64,000 nt of DNA, from contig OZ244170.1 of the NCBI GenBank assembly GCA_965216565.1, positions 2,464,001 through 2,528,000 on the forward strand. The letters are read 5' to 3'. The notes under the pieces were generated by a model that was not told where the DNA came from, searched no databases, and saw only the letters and a list, made by a program, of their open reading frames with translations. This stretch comes from Bythopirellula sp. Its GTDB lineage: Bacteria; Planctomycetota; Planctomycetia; Pirellulales; Lacipirellulaceae. The first letter of the stretch is position 1, and the number at the start of each line of letters is the position of its first letter. This document shows, piece by piece, positions 43,714-52,958 of this stretch. The position numbers were made by a program, and so were the translations under genes.

Positions 43714-44787
43714 ATGTGCCGCATCCTTCCCCCTGTCTTTTCCCTGCGTGTTAAGTTCCTGTCTTGTACCGGATTGACCTTATTACTATCCATTGGGCTC
43801 ATTGGGCAGGGCAGGGCGGTTGCCGAAACTCAAGTGGGCGACCAGATAGAGCGTGCCGGCGACGAGATTGTGGTATGTGGCCAGTTATTTCACACTACAG
43901 CCCCCGTTGTGCTGTGGATGGATCCCGGCGGGTACGACGCCTATCGGGTGGAACGCCGGTTTGCACCTCAGGAGTCGTCTTCCTGGGAAGCAACGAAGAA
44001 CGAGAATCCAGAGTTCAGCTCGCCAAATCGTTATGGCCTGCGCGCCGAGGGCTTAACTCCCGATCAAATTGAAGCGTTCCGTGGTGGTGGCTGGGACTTG
44101 CCTTCGCTGCAGGATGTCGTGGATCAGTTCGTCATGCACTACGACGTCTGTGGCACCAGCGACGTTTGTTTTAAAGTGCTCCACGACATTCGCTGCTTGA
44201 GCGTCCACTTCATGTTAGATGTTGACGGTACCATCTATCAGACGCTCGATCTAAAAGAACGTGCCTGGCATGCCACGATCTCTAATCCGCGCTCGATCGG
44301 TGTAGAGATCGCCGGGATCGGAGCTTACCCCGCCGCGGATCACGATGTGCTTAAGAAGTGGTACATGGTCGATGAAGGGGGCGACCTGATGATTCGTCCG
44401 CAGCGCACGGTTGGCCATCTGGGTTTACGCGCGAAACCATTCTACGGTCGGCCCGATCGACCGGAGATTGTCGAAGGCACGATCCAAGGCACCAAACTGT
44501 ACCAATACGATTACACCCCCGAGCAGTACGATTCGCTCATTAAACTTACTGCTACTTTGTGCCGCGTTTTCCCGAAGCTCGAATGCGACTACCCCAAAGA
44601 CGACAACGGCGAACTGATTCCACACATGCTCGACAAGCCCGAGTGGAAGGAATTTGCCGGCGTACTGGGACACTATCATGTCCAAAAGAACAAGATCGAT
44701 CCCGGACCGGCGTTCAATTGGGAAAAGGTGATCGGTGGTGCGAGGGAACTAATTGACGAGGCTGAGAAGAGTGAAAAGGCAGAGTAG
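43714..44787 (+). CDS. N-acetylmuramoyl-L-alanine amidase (Amidase_2-like)
   Basis: VMHYD, SVHFMLD, AWHAT, SIGVEI and GHYH...KIDPGP motifs; start uncertain. Confidence 0.88.
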   Translation: MCRILPPVFSLRVKFLSCTGLTLLLSIGLIGQGRAVAETQVGDQIERAGDEIVVCGQLFHTTAPVVLWMDPGGYDAYRVERRFAPQESSSWEATKNENPEFSSPNRYGLRAEGLTPDQIEAFRGGGWDLPSLQDVVDQFVMHYDVCGTSDVCFKVLHDIRCLSVHFMLDVDGTIYQTLDLKERAWHATISNPRSIGVEIAGIGAYPAADHDVLKKWYMVDEGGDLMIRPQRTVGHLGLRAKPFYGRPDRPEIVEGTIQGTKLYQYDYTPEQYDSLIKLTATLCRVFPKLECDYPKDDNGELIPHMLDKPEWKEFAGVLGHYHVQKNKIDPGPAFNWEKVIGGARELIDEAEKSEKAE

Positions 44788-44835
44788 GGGGGGCTTCGAA
44801 TTCCACGTCAGGACGGCGTATAGCGGATTCCATCT

Positions 44836-44947
44836 GTCATTCTGAGTGCAACGAAGAATCTTGCCGGCGTATTGTGAATAGCCTGGAGCCCTGGGGCATC
44901 GCAGATTCGAGGCTTCGCGTAAATCCCTCGGCGGACCTCGGGATGAC
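44836..44947. repeat. Intergenic palindromic repeat (GTCATYCYGAG family)
   Basis: 44923-44947 is the near reverse complement of 17491-17515; a related copy lies at 22313-22337. Confidence 0.6.
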
Positions 44948-45168
44948 AGGGTGCGAGCTTGTCAGACAGGATGCGAGCTCGTCACTCGAGTAGTTAAGCC
45001 CGACTCGTTGTCCCCTAGGCAGGGGCGACTTATAATACGGGCTTCGTTTGTCGCGACGGGCGTGAGCCTAAACACAGGGCCTTGTGTCTGAGGTTGCTAG
45101 TCGCGTCGCTTAGTAGGGCTAATACCTAAGTTCATTGAGTTTGAATTCATCGAGTTTGGAGAAATGCA

Positions 45169-46182
45169 GTGATTGAGTCGATTGCCATCGTTGGGGCCAC
45201 CGGAGCCGTGGGCACCCTGATCCGTCAGATGTTGGAGCAACGAGATTTTCCTTATAAGAAAATCACGTTCCTCGCTTCGGAACGATCGGCCGGCAAGACT
45301 CTGAAATTCAAAGGGGAAGATCACAAGGTTGAGTTGCTTTGCCCCGAGGCATTCGACGACATCGATCTGGCAATCGGCAGCACCCCCGATCCGGTCGCAA
45401 AAGAGTTTTGTCCCTGGGCGGTGGAACGCAATTGCGTGGTGGTCGACGAGAGCGGTTATTGGCGGATGGATCCCAAGGTGCCGCTGGTTGTGCCTGAGAT
45501 CAATCCGGAAGCGGCGCTACAGCACGAGGGCATCATCTCCAGCCCTAACTGTTCCACCACGCAAATGGTCTTGGCAATGAAGCCATTGCACGAGGCGGGC
45601 AAGATTCGCCGCGTGATCGTCAGCACTTACCAGGCCACCAGTGGAGCAGGGGTCCAGGGACAGGAAGATCTGGTCGCCGGCAGCAAAGCCTTCTTGGAAG
45701 AAGAGCCTTACGATTACCAAGCGTTCGCCCATCCCATCGCCTTCAACTTGATTCCGCAAATTGGTTCGGAAAAGTATAAGGGATACACTAGCGAAGAGAT
45801 GAAGATGGTACACGAGACGCAGAAAATCTTTGGCGACGATTCGATTCAGGTTTGTCCCACCTGCGTCCGCGTGCCGGTAGAGAACTGCCACAGCGAAAGC
45901 ATGTTGGTCGAAACTGAAAAGAAGATCACGGTCGAACTAGCCCGTGAACTATTTGCTGCCACACCAGGAATCAAAGTGCTCGACGACCTGGGCGCAGGCC
46001 TGTATCCCATGCCGCAGGATTGTGCAGGCGACGATGCCACCTTCGTCGGCCGCATTCGCGAAGACATCTCATGCGACAACGGCTTGGCATTCTGGTGCGT
46101 GAGCGACAACTTACGCAAAGGTGCCGCGACGAACGCCATTCAGATCGCCGAGTTGCTGATTAAGAGCGAAGCGGCGGTGTAG
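45169..46182 (+). CDS. asd: Aspartate-semialdehyde dehydrogenase
   Basis: GATGAVG, PNCST, STYQATSGAG and DNLRKGAATNA motifs. Confidence 0.97.
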   Translation: MIESIAIVGATGAVGTLIRQMLEQRDFPYKKITFLASERSAGKTLKFKGEDHKVELLCPEAFDDIDLAIGSTPDPVAKEFCPWAVERNCVVVDESGYWRMDPKVPLVVPEINPEAALQHEGIISSPNCSTTQMVLAMKPLHEAGKIRRVIVSTYQATSGAGVQGQEDLVAGSKAFLEEEPYDYQAFAHPIAFNLIPQIGSEKYKGYTSEEMKMVHETQKIFGDDSIQVCPTCVRVPVENCHSESMLVETEKKITVELARELFAATPGIKVLDDLGAGLYPMPQDCAGDDATFVGRIREDISCDNGLAFWCVSDNLRKGAATNAIQIAELLIKSEAAV

Positions 46183-46222
46183 CGGTAGCGAAACGGATTG
46201 CTGCTAGTTGGTTCCAATAGCC

Positions 46223-46537
46223 TCAATCATCCAGCGGGCTGGGGAGCTGGCTGCCGTGCCGGAATTTCAGCACCCGCACAACTTTAAGTTCTTCGTCGAT
46301 GGTATAGATGAATAAACAGCGGTCGACGACCAACACACGCAGACCAAGGTTCTCGAAGTCGTTTTCTGGAGCATACGGGCAACGGTGAGGCATGTGCTCT
46401 AGTGACAATATTCTGCGAACAGATTTCTCCCACTAGTTAATCGCAACTTGAGGGGAACCGTGTTCGGAGATGTAGTCCAGGTAGCTTTCCACTCCGGCCA
46501 GCATTTTGTCAGAAAGGATGACGCGATATTTCTTCAT
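46223..46537 (-). pseudogene. ParE/RelE-family toxin with an in-frame amber stop
   Basis: Manual translation MKKYRVILS...YLDYI...AIN*WEKS...LEHMPHRCP...FIYTIDEE..VRVLKFRHGSQ; TAG at 46433-46435; ATGA overlap with the upstream gene. Confidence 0.8.
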
Positions 46538-46803
46538 CGAGGCATCTTGAAGCCGAACTTCTTGCCGAGTTCGCTGAGAGCCTCACGTGCATCGTGGCCT
46601 CCACCTTCCTTCATTTCCTCGTTGATCCTATCGCACTCGGCGGCACTCTGCCGAAGTTCTTCATCCGTCATTCCGCACTTCAGGTCAAATGCGGCTTCGT
46701 CGGCAAGCGACTGCAAGTATGTCGCCACGTTAATAAAACCCGCTGCGGAGGCCTGTTCGCTAAGCTTGGCGAATTGATCGTCAGGTAATTCAATACTTGC
46801 CAT
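46534..46803 (-). CDS. Putative antitoxin
   Basis: Small acidic protein (MASIELPDDQFAKL) directly upstream of and overlapping the toxin. Confidence 0.7.
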   Translation of the reverse strand: MASIELPDDQFAKLSEQASAAGFINVATYLQSLADEAAFDLKCGMTDEELRQSAAECDRINEEMKEGGGHDAREALSELGKKFGFKMPR

Positions 46804-46906
46804 GCTACAATTCTCGCATCCAATCGAGTTATTTGTCAAAGGGAAACCGTATTCTTCAGCTAGAACCTAATTAATTCTAAGTTATTAAGCCACAGAGCTT
46901 TCTCCC

Positions 46907-47653
46907 ATGCCCACCTTCAAACTCACACTCGCCTACGATGGCACCGACTTTTGTGGTTGGCAGGCGCAGCCGGGGCAGAGAACGGTGCAGGGGGAACTTC
47001 GAAGTGCTTGGCAATCCATTACCGGTGAAGAGGTGCGGATGCACGCTTCCAGCCGGACCGACTCTGGCGTCCATGCGTTGGGGCAGGTGGTGGGCATCCA
47101 AAGCGAAACGGCGTTGACGGCCGACGAACTTCTGGGCGGAATCAATGCCAAGCTTCCGGCAGACGTGTTGCTGCGAAAGATCGAACCGGCGGCGGACGAG
47201 TTTCATGCCACTCACGACAGCACAGGCAAACGGTATCGGTACCGCATCCACAACGAACGATTGCGGCCCTTATTCGATCGTGGTCGTGTGTGGCATGTGC
47301 CGCAACCGCTCGATGCCGCTGCCATGCACTCGGCAGGGCAGGCCATCGTGGGCAAACACGACTTTGCCGGATTTCAAGCCGTGGGCAGTCCCCGCGAAAG
47401 CACCGTGCGAACGATTCACTCGCTTGTCGTGACGCGAGGCGGGGGCGACGAATCGACGCAGGTTTCGATAGAGGTGCGCGGCGATGGGTTTCTCTATAAT
47501 ATGGTCCGCATCATCGCTGGTTCGCTCGTAGATGTTGGCACGGGCCGACGTGACGAGACATTTCTTGCCGAGGCGCTAGCAAGCTGTGATCGTACCAATG
47601 CCGGGATGACTGCTCCCGCACAGGGACTTGTACTGGTGGAAGTCGAGTACTGA
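46907..47653 (+). CDS. truA: tRNA pseudouridine(38-40) synthase
   Basis: YDGTDFCGWQ, RTDSGVHA, FLYNMVR and TAPAQGL motifs. Confidence 0.97.
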   Translation: MPTFKLTLAYDGTDFCGWQAQPGQRTVQGELRSAWQSITGEEVRMHASSRTDSGVHALGQVVGIQSETALTADELLGGINAKLPADVLLRKIEPAADEFHATHDSTGKRYRYRIHNERLRPLFDRGRVWHVPQPLDAAAMHSAGQAIVGKHDFAGFQAVGSPRESTVRTIHSLVVTRGGGDESTQVSIEVRGDGFLYNMVRIIAGSLVDVGTGRRDETFLAEALASCDRTNAGMTAPAQGLVLVEVEY

Positions 47654-47798
47654 GTGAATTCGGATTTCTGGACGGGGATTGCGGATTGTACGTTGGTTTC
47701 TCCGCTCTTTCACGAAGTTTACCAGCAGACTAAACTAAGGTGCTACAGCCGCTCGTGTTTCTATCCGAAATCCGCAATCCCCAATCCGATATTACTGA

Positions 47799-48692
47799 AT
47801 GAGTATCCCTGCTGGCAAAGAAACCGTTGGCTCTTACCGCCTGTATCACTTGATTCGGGCAGGGGCGATGTACGAGATTTGGGCGGTGCGACCCCTGGAT
47901 CGCGACGAGCCGATGGCCATGAAATGGCTACCCAAAGGCAAGAAGCACACGAAAGAAGCTGCCGACGGTTTGAAGCACGAATACGAAGTGGGCAAATCGC
48001 TCATCCATCCTTCGATCATTAAGACTTTCGACTACGGGACAGGCAAAGACGGCGGTTATTTGGTGATGGAGTTGTTTAAAACTCCTAACCTAAAGCAACA
48101 GATTCACGAAGGCGTCGAAAAGCTGCATTATCGGCTCTCTGAAATATTATGCGCCGCGGCACTGGCCCTGGAGCATATGCACAAAGAAGGCTGGACCCAT
48201 CGCGACGTGAAGCCAGACAATTACCTCGTTGACGAAAACAACGACGTCCGGCTGATCGACTTTACGATTGCCCGCAAGATACCGTCGGGGCTGAGCAAAC
48301 TGTTCAAGAGCAAAGCGCCAGTGCAGGGGTCTTATAGCTATATGTCCCCAGAGCAAATTCGTGGCAAAGAAGTCGACGCCCGCGCGGATATTTACAGTTT
48401 TGGTTGTATGGTATACGAACTGATGTCAGGCAAAGTGCCATTCACGGCGACGTCGTCTTCGGAGTTACTGAACAAGCATCTGAAGGCAAGACCGCAACCG
48501 CTCGACATGTTGCAAAAAAACGTTCAACCAGACTTTGCAAAGCTCGTTCATCGTATGTTGGCAAAAGATCCCAAAGATCGTCCCGACTCATTACTTGAGT
48601 TCTATCGCGAGTTGAAAGCGGGACGATGTTTCCATATTTCTCCGAAACCTCCCAAGCCGGAAGACGAACAGTCTGAGCAGGAGGAAGATTAA
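47799..48692 (+). CDS. Ser/Thr protein kinase
   Basis: AMK, HRDVKPDN, YMSPEQ and DIYSFG motifs. Confidence 0.92.
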   Translation: MSIPAGKETVGSYRLYHLIRAGAMYEIWAVRPLDRDEPMAMKWLPKGKKHTKEAADGLKHEYEVGKSLIHPSIIKTFDYGTGKDGGYLVMELFKTPNLKQQIHEGVEKLHYRLSEILCAAALALEHMHKEGWTHRDVKPDNYLVDENNDVRLIDFTIARKIPSGLSKLFKSKAPVQGSYSYMSPEQIRGKEVDARADIYSFGCMVYELMSGKVPFTATSSSELLNKHLKARPQPLDMLQKNVQPDFAKLVHRMLAKDPKDRPDSLLEFYRELKAGRCFHISPKPPKPEDEQSEQEED

Positions 48693-48694
48693 TC

Positions 48695-49687
48695 ATGGCA
48701 AGTACCGCATTTCGTTTACCGTTTGAACAGCCAATCTACGAATTGTCTGAGCAAATTGATGACCTTGAGAGCAATGACTCAAAGACGCCCGAAATGCACG
48801 ATCGCATTCGCGGTCTGCGGAAACAGCTCACCGAGACAACCAAAACGATCTACAAGAATCTCGGTCCTTGGGAAACGGTACGCGTTGCGCGTCATCCAGA
48901 TCGTCCCATGTTCACCGACTATATGAATTTGGTGTTTGATGAATTTGTCGAGCTACACGGCGACAAGTTTTTTGGCGACGATCGCGCACTCCGCACAGGT
49001 TTTGCCAAGATCGACCAATTCAAAGTGTTGGTAGCCGGGCATCACAAAGGCAAGACCCTCAAGGAGCGCAATGAGTGTTACTTTGGTTGTGCGCATCCAG
49101 AAGGGTATCGCAAGGCCATGGAAAAGATGCAATTGGCGGCTAAGTACGGCTTGCCAATCATCACGCTGATCGATACGCCAGGTGCCTATCCGGGAATTGG
49201 CGCCGAAGAACGGGGCCAGGCCCAGGTGATTGCCGAAAGCATGCTTGCCATGTCGCGACTGCCGGTGCCAATCATATGTATTGTGATTGGCGAAGGTGGC
49301 TCGGGCGGTGCTTTGGGAATTGGCGTTGGCGATCGTGTTGCCGTTTTGCAACACGCCTATTATTCGGTGATCAGTCCCGAAGGCTGCGCCGGCATCCTCT
49401 GGAAAAGTCACGACTACGCCGAGCAAGCGGCCCAAGCCTTGCGAATCACTTCCAGCCATCTGGAGAAGTTTGGAGCCGTCGACGACGTCATTGAGGAGCC
49501 CCTGGGTGGTGCCCATCGCGACCACCATCAGACGGCGGGTCGATTGAAGATGTATCTCATCAAAACGCTCCGCGAATTGTCGAAATTGCCCACCGACGAG
49601 CTGCTGAGTCAGCGGTACGAACGATTCCGCAAAATTGGCCCGTTCAGCGAGGCTGCGGACGATTCTGGGAGCAATTCTGAGGGCTGA
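48695..49687 (+). CDS. accA: Acetyl-CoA carboxylase carboxyltransferase alpha
   Basis: ARHPDRP, ELHGD, IDTPGAYPGIGAEERGQ, GEGGSGGAL and YSVISPEG motifs. Confidence 0.97.
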   Translation: MASTAFRLPFEQPIYELSEQIDDLESNDSKTPEMHDRIRGLRKQLTETTKTIYKNLGPWETVRVARHPDRPMFTDYMNLVFDEFVELHGDKFFGDDRALRTGFAKIDQFKVLVAGHHKGKTLKERNECYFGCAHPEGYRKAMEKMQLAAKYGLPIITLIDTPGAYPGIGAEERGQAQVIAESMLAMSRLPVPIICIVIGEGGSGGALGIGVGDRVAVLQHAYYSVISPEGCAGILWKSHDYAEQAAQALRITSSHLEKFGAVDDVIEEPLGGAHRDHHQTAGRLKMYLIKTLRELSKLPTDELLSQRYERFRKIGPFSEAADDSGSNSEG

Positions 49688-49947
49688 TTCTCTCGGGCCC
49701 GGCGGTCCATCGGATCGCGGCTGTTTTCCAGAGATTTAGACTTTGCTTGCTCCTTCTAAATCCCCTTTGCTGCATTCACATTCATGGTGCATGCTTCGCT
49801 ACTTCGGGGTCATTTTCGGACGCGCCAAATCGTTCCATTTACGGACAGATTTCTGACGTCAGCATGCGGCTGGTTCATTGCAATTTAGGTGACGGTTTGA
49901 GGCCGTAGGGTGGGGCGTGAGATGCAAATAGCATGTATTCCAGACTC

Positions 49948-49973
49948 TAGCCCCAACGTCCGATAATCATAGT
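49948..49973 (+). repeat. att core copy 1 (attL)
   Basis: TAGCCCCAACGTCCGATAATCATAGT. Confidence 0.95.
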
Positions 49974-49990
49974 GGAGTATGGCGTAAGCT

Positions 49991-50080
49991 GGCACTCATT
50001 CTAGGTTTCTCAGACCTGGACAGGGCAGTGCGGATCAGTCCCCGTGGGCGAGTCCGCACTGCCAATTTTCTAGGAGTGCC
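49991..50080 (+). promoter_or_regulatory. Hairpin upstream of rep (candidate origin or RBS-sequestering leader); copy 2 at 52864-52953
   Basis: GGCACTC/GAGTGCC and GGCAGTGCGGA/TCCGCACTGCC nested inverted repeats. Confidence 0.6.
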
Positions 50081-50085
50081 ACTAG

Positions 50086-51207
50086 ATGTTCTCTATGAAG
50101 CTCAAGGACCGCGAGTCCTGGCTTGATCCGGAGTCTGCCGGAATTTTGGGGTGGAAGTTGGGTAAGCGTCTGTGGGCCCGTTGCAAGGGCCACGAGGGAC
50201 GTTTCATCACGCTCACGTACGATCGTAAGAATTACCTAGATGCCCAAGATTGTTTCGACAAGTCCAGGGCACAGAAGCATGTCTCTCGTTTCATGCGGAA
50301 GCTAGGAGCAGCTATCAATTGCGATCTGCGTGGTAAGTGGATTTGCAAGTTGGAGTTCCAAGAGGGCGGGTGGGTCCACTGGCACATTCTGTTGCTGGAC
50401 GTTGGTTACATTCCACAGAAGATCGTTCTTGATATCTGGGGTAAGGGCTTCATCCACCTTAAGCAACTCAACGAAGCGAATGCGATGTATCTGACCAAGT
50501 ACGTTGCGAAGGACGGATCGATTCCAGGTTTCGTATATGACTATCCGTCACGGAGCATCAAGGTTGTCAGAGCGTCACTTGGTTTTTGGAACGATGAGCA
50601 GGCGAAGAGAGCGAGGGAGAAGGCGGCTAAGAGCCGTCGTTCTACTCGTGCTCAACTTATGAAGGGAGCGAAGCGGGAAGAACAGTTCTATGTTCCGGTT
50701 GGTGAGAAGCTGCGACAAGAGGCAGTGTTGTTCCGAACTGGGAGGCGAACATTCTCACTTAAGTGCTCTCGTCTTAAAGTACTGCAAGCTCTTCGTAAGT
50801 ACTGCGGACAACCCAAGGTTGAGGGAACATGGCGACACTACGCAGATGGTGATCAAGTACTGGATCGAGTGGTAGTGGAGTGTGATCCGGCGAGGACGAG
50901 CAGCGTGCGGAAGCAATCGCCCGCAGCCGGAGCAACAGCTCCGCATGACACCCGACCACTATTCTTGAAAGGAACCGGTAATCGTGTCGGATGGTGGTTG
51001 GTCCTGGTAAAGGGCAAGTATCGTACTGTTAGCCCTGCTGACATTGCTGGCAGATTGTCCAAGTGGTGGGCTAAGAATGCTCCGTGGTGGACGCTGCAGT
51101 GGATCGAGCAGGAAGCTAGATATCAGCTTGGAATGACGATGCACGGACATTGGGGTGAACCCTCGGATGCTCGTCCTAATTTGGAGAAGGCCTCATGCAA
51201 TTACTAA
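50086..51207 (+). CDS. HUH rolling-circle replication initiator (copy 1)
   Basis: Motif I FITLTY, motif II EFQ...HWHILL and motif III YLTKYVAK. Confidence 0.88.
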   Translation: MFSMKLKDRESWLDPESAGILGWKLGKRLWARCKGHEGRFITLTYDRKNYLDAQDCFDKSRAQKHVSRFMRKLGAAINCDLRGKWICKLEFQEGGWVHWHILLLDVGYIPQKIVLDIWGKGFIHLKQLNEANAMYLTKYVAKDGSIPGFVYDYPSRSIKVVRASLGFWNDEQAKRAREKAAKSRRSTRAQLMKGAKREEQFYVPVGEKLRQEAVLFRTGRRTFSLKCSRLKVLQALRKYCGQPKVEGTWRHYADGDQVLDRVVVECDPARTSSVRKQSPAAGATAPHDTRPLFLKGTGNRVGWWLVLVKGKYRTVSPADIAGRLSKWWAKNAPWWTLQWIEQEARYQLGMTMHGHWGEPSDARPNLEKASCNY

Positions 51208-51857
51208 CAGACATTCAACGAGATTACCTTAGCTGCATTCATTCGCAATGGGAGAGATCAGCTTTGACGTTTTGTCGTAAGAAGCTCAAGGTGTCCTCTG
51301 AATTTCTTCGGCGAGATGAGTTCGAGGAGCATTGGCAAGCTGCGATGGTTGAGATTGCGTATTTAATTCAGCGAGGCGAGTGGGACATCGTGAAGGAAGC
51401 TGAACGTGGCAATGGTCGAATTTGCTGGATAGCTTTGCAGACGTTTTATCGTTCACGGTATGAGCATAGGTATATGGAACGTGTGCTCGCTGATTCTAAT
51501 GAAGCCCTAATCTCCTTAGTTGAGTCCGAAGAACCAGTTGTTGGAGGAATTAAAGCGTCGAGAGTTGTAAACGAATTAAAGATGTTAATATCTGGTCTTC
51601 CAGAGAAGCGTCGATTGGTGATGGAGATGCTGGTTGAAGTGGTAGAAGACGCTAGATTTGATTTGGATGACATGATGCACTGCGTGAAGCTACGCATACG
51701 TGAGGGACTGTCTGAACGTGGTTATGAGTTCACGCCGATTCAAGTACAGAACGCGTTGTTCTCGGGGCGTAAGCAACTATGGGAACAACTTAGAGAACGT
51801 GGCTTGGTTTCAGGTGAAAGACCCCGCCTTGGAAGAGGTGGCGTTGGAAGTAAGTAG
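51195..51857 (+). CDS. Divergent ECF sigma-70-like protein (copy 1)
   Basis: Region-2-like DEFEEHWQAAMVEI and ICWIALQTF; region-4-like LISGLPEKRRLVMEML and QVQNALFSGRKQLWEQL. Confidence 0.6.
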   Translation: MQLLTDIQRDYLSCIHSQWERSALTFCRKKLKVSSEFLRRDEFEEHWQAAMVEIAYLIQRGEWDIVKEAERGNGRICWIALQTFYRSRYEHRYMERVLADSNEALISLVESEEPVVGGIKASRVVNELKMLISGLPEKRRLVMEMLVEVVEDARFDLDDMMHCVKLRIREGLSERGYEFTPIQVQNALFSGRKQLWEQLRERGLVSGERPRLGRGGVGSK

Positions 51858-51875
51858 TTTGGTTGTTTTCGTGTA

Positions 51876-52037
51876 GTTGTTGCACACTATGGGGTTGCCG
51901 CGTGAGATCGCGAAGGCGAGGCGGCGGAAGAGTTCGGTCCGTGTACAAGGGGCATGGAGAAGCTGAGCACGCCGCCTCGCCGTTAGCGACTCGGGGCAGT
52001 CGAACGCGGCAACAGGGTCCCATAGTGTTGCAACAAC
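51876..52037 (+). other. Long rod-like hairpin (candidate single-strand origin, packaging signal or ncRNA); copy 2 at 54749-54910
   Basis: Four nested perfect stems of 9, 9, 10 and 12 bp. Confidence 0.65.
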
Positions 52038-52060
52038 GGTTCATTTGAAAGGAGTTTGTA

Positions 52061-52348
52061 GTGTCTAATTTGTTTGGAGTTGCTAAAGCAGGTTTTGATA
52101 TTGTTGGGGAGGTCACTGAGGAGCGTATTCTTCGAAGTACCAAGGAGTCGGCCAAGGATTGGAAACAACCTGTGTGTAAGGTAGTTACAGCCGGCTCAAC
52201 TTTAGAGGTCCAACTAACTGAAGAACAGCATTCGCAGGTGTTGGTCGGGAATGCTTACCAGTTCGTTGGCAGAATTGCTAAGGAAGGAGGGAGAATCAAC
52301 CTAGTTGTTGAAGAATTAAGGAAGCTGGCGACGCCGAAGGCGTCTTGA
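52061..52348 (+). CDS. Probable ssDNA-binding (OB-fold-like) protein (copy 1)
   Basis: 95 aa, beta-strand pattern, AAGGAG RBS; size and context typical of SSBs of ssDNA replicons. Confidence 0.55.
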   Translation: MSNLFGVAKAGFDIVGEVTEERILRSTKESAKDWKQPVCKVVTAGSTLEVQLTEEQHSQVLVGNAYQFVGRIAKEGGRINLVVEELRKLATPKAS

Positions 52349-52349
52349 G

Positions 52350-52595
52350 ATGAAGATTCGACCGTACCGAAAGGATGGATATCGCCGACGTCGGCGAGTT
52401 CATGTGAGGATGGACGAATCGTTAGTAGATGCAATGGATGAGTTGGCTAGAGCACTCTCGCTGAGTCGTTCGCATCTCTGTGATCTGATTCTCGGCATAG
52501 CTGTCGAGGAGGGTGGTGAATGGTTACGGTCCGCAATCAACAAGCGTGTAAAACAGGCTCTTAATCGAAAACGTGACAGCACTTTTCAAGAATGA
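52350..52595 (+). CDS. Ribbon-helix-helix (CopG-like) regulator (copy 1)
   Basis: RVHVRMDESLVDAMDELARALSLSRSHLCDLIL fits the RHH pattern. Confidence 0.75.
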   Translation: MKIRPYRKDGYRRRRRVHVRMDESLVDAMDELARALSLSRSHLCDLILGIAVEEGGEWLRSAINKRVKQALNRKRDSTFQE

Positions 52596-52820
52596 GCTTG
52601 ATCTTTGATGATTGCTATCCGTATGATTTTGGAAGGTCGTTCGGGGTGTTCCTGAGCGCGAGAGTGTCTGAGAAATCGACGCGCATAAAATGGGCCCACA
52701 TACTCTCTGACGGGGGAACATGTGAGCCCAATGATTAAGCACGTCACTGAAAGAAATTTCACATCCAGATGACGCATCTACATGATACGAAATCGTCGCT
52801 GCAGGGCAAAGCCTATTCGG

Positions 52821-52846
52821 TAGCCCCAACGTCCGATAATCATAGT
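52821..52846 (+). repeat. att core copy 2 (unit junction, equivalent to attP)
   Basis: Same 26-mer with element sequence on both sides. Confidence 0.95.
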
Positions 52847-52958
52847 GGAGTATGGCGTAAGCTGGCACTCATTCTAGGTTTCTCAGACCTGGACAGGGCA
52901 GTGCGGATCAGTCCCCGTGGGCGAGTCCGCACTGCCAATTTTCTAGGAGTGCCACTAG

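Noticed and set aside
49810..49823. Inverted partial XerC-like arm (reverse complement GCGTCCGAAAATGA, 11 of 14 matches) left of attL
   Set aside because: Too short to distinguish from chance, and it lies outside the duplicated unit.
52586..52777. 63-aa minus-strand ORF in the element tail
   Set aside because: No recognisable motif or clear RBS, so coding status cannot be supported.
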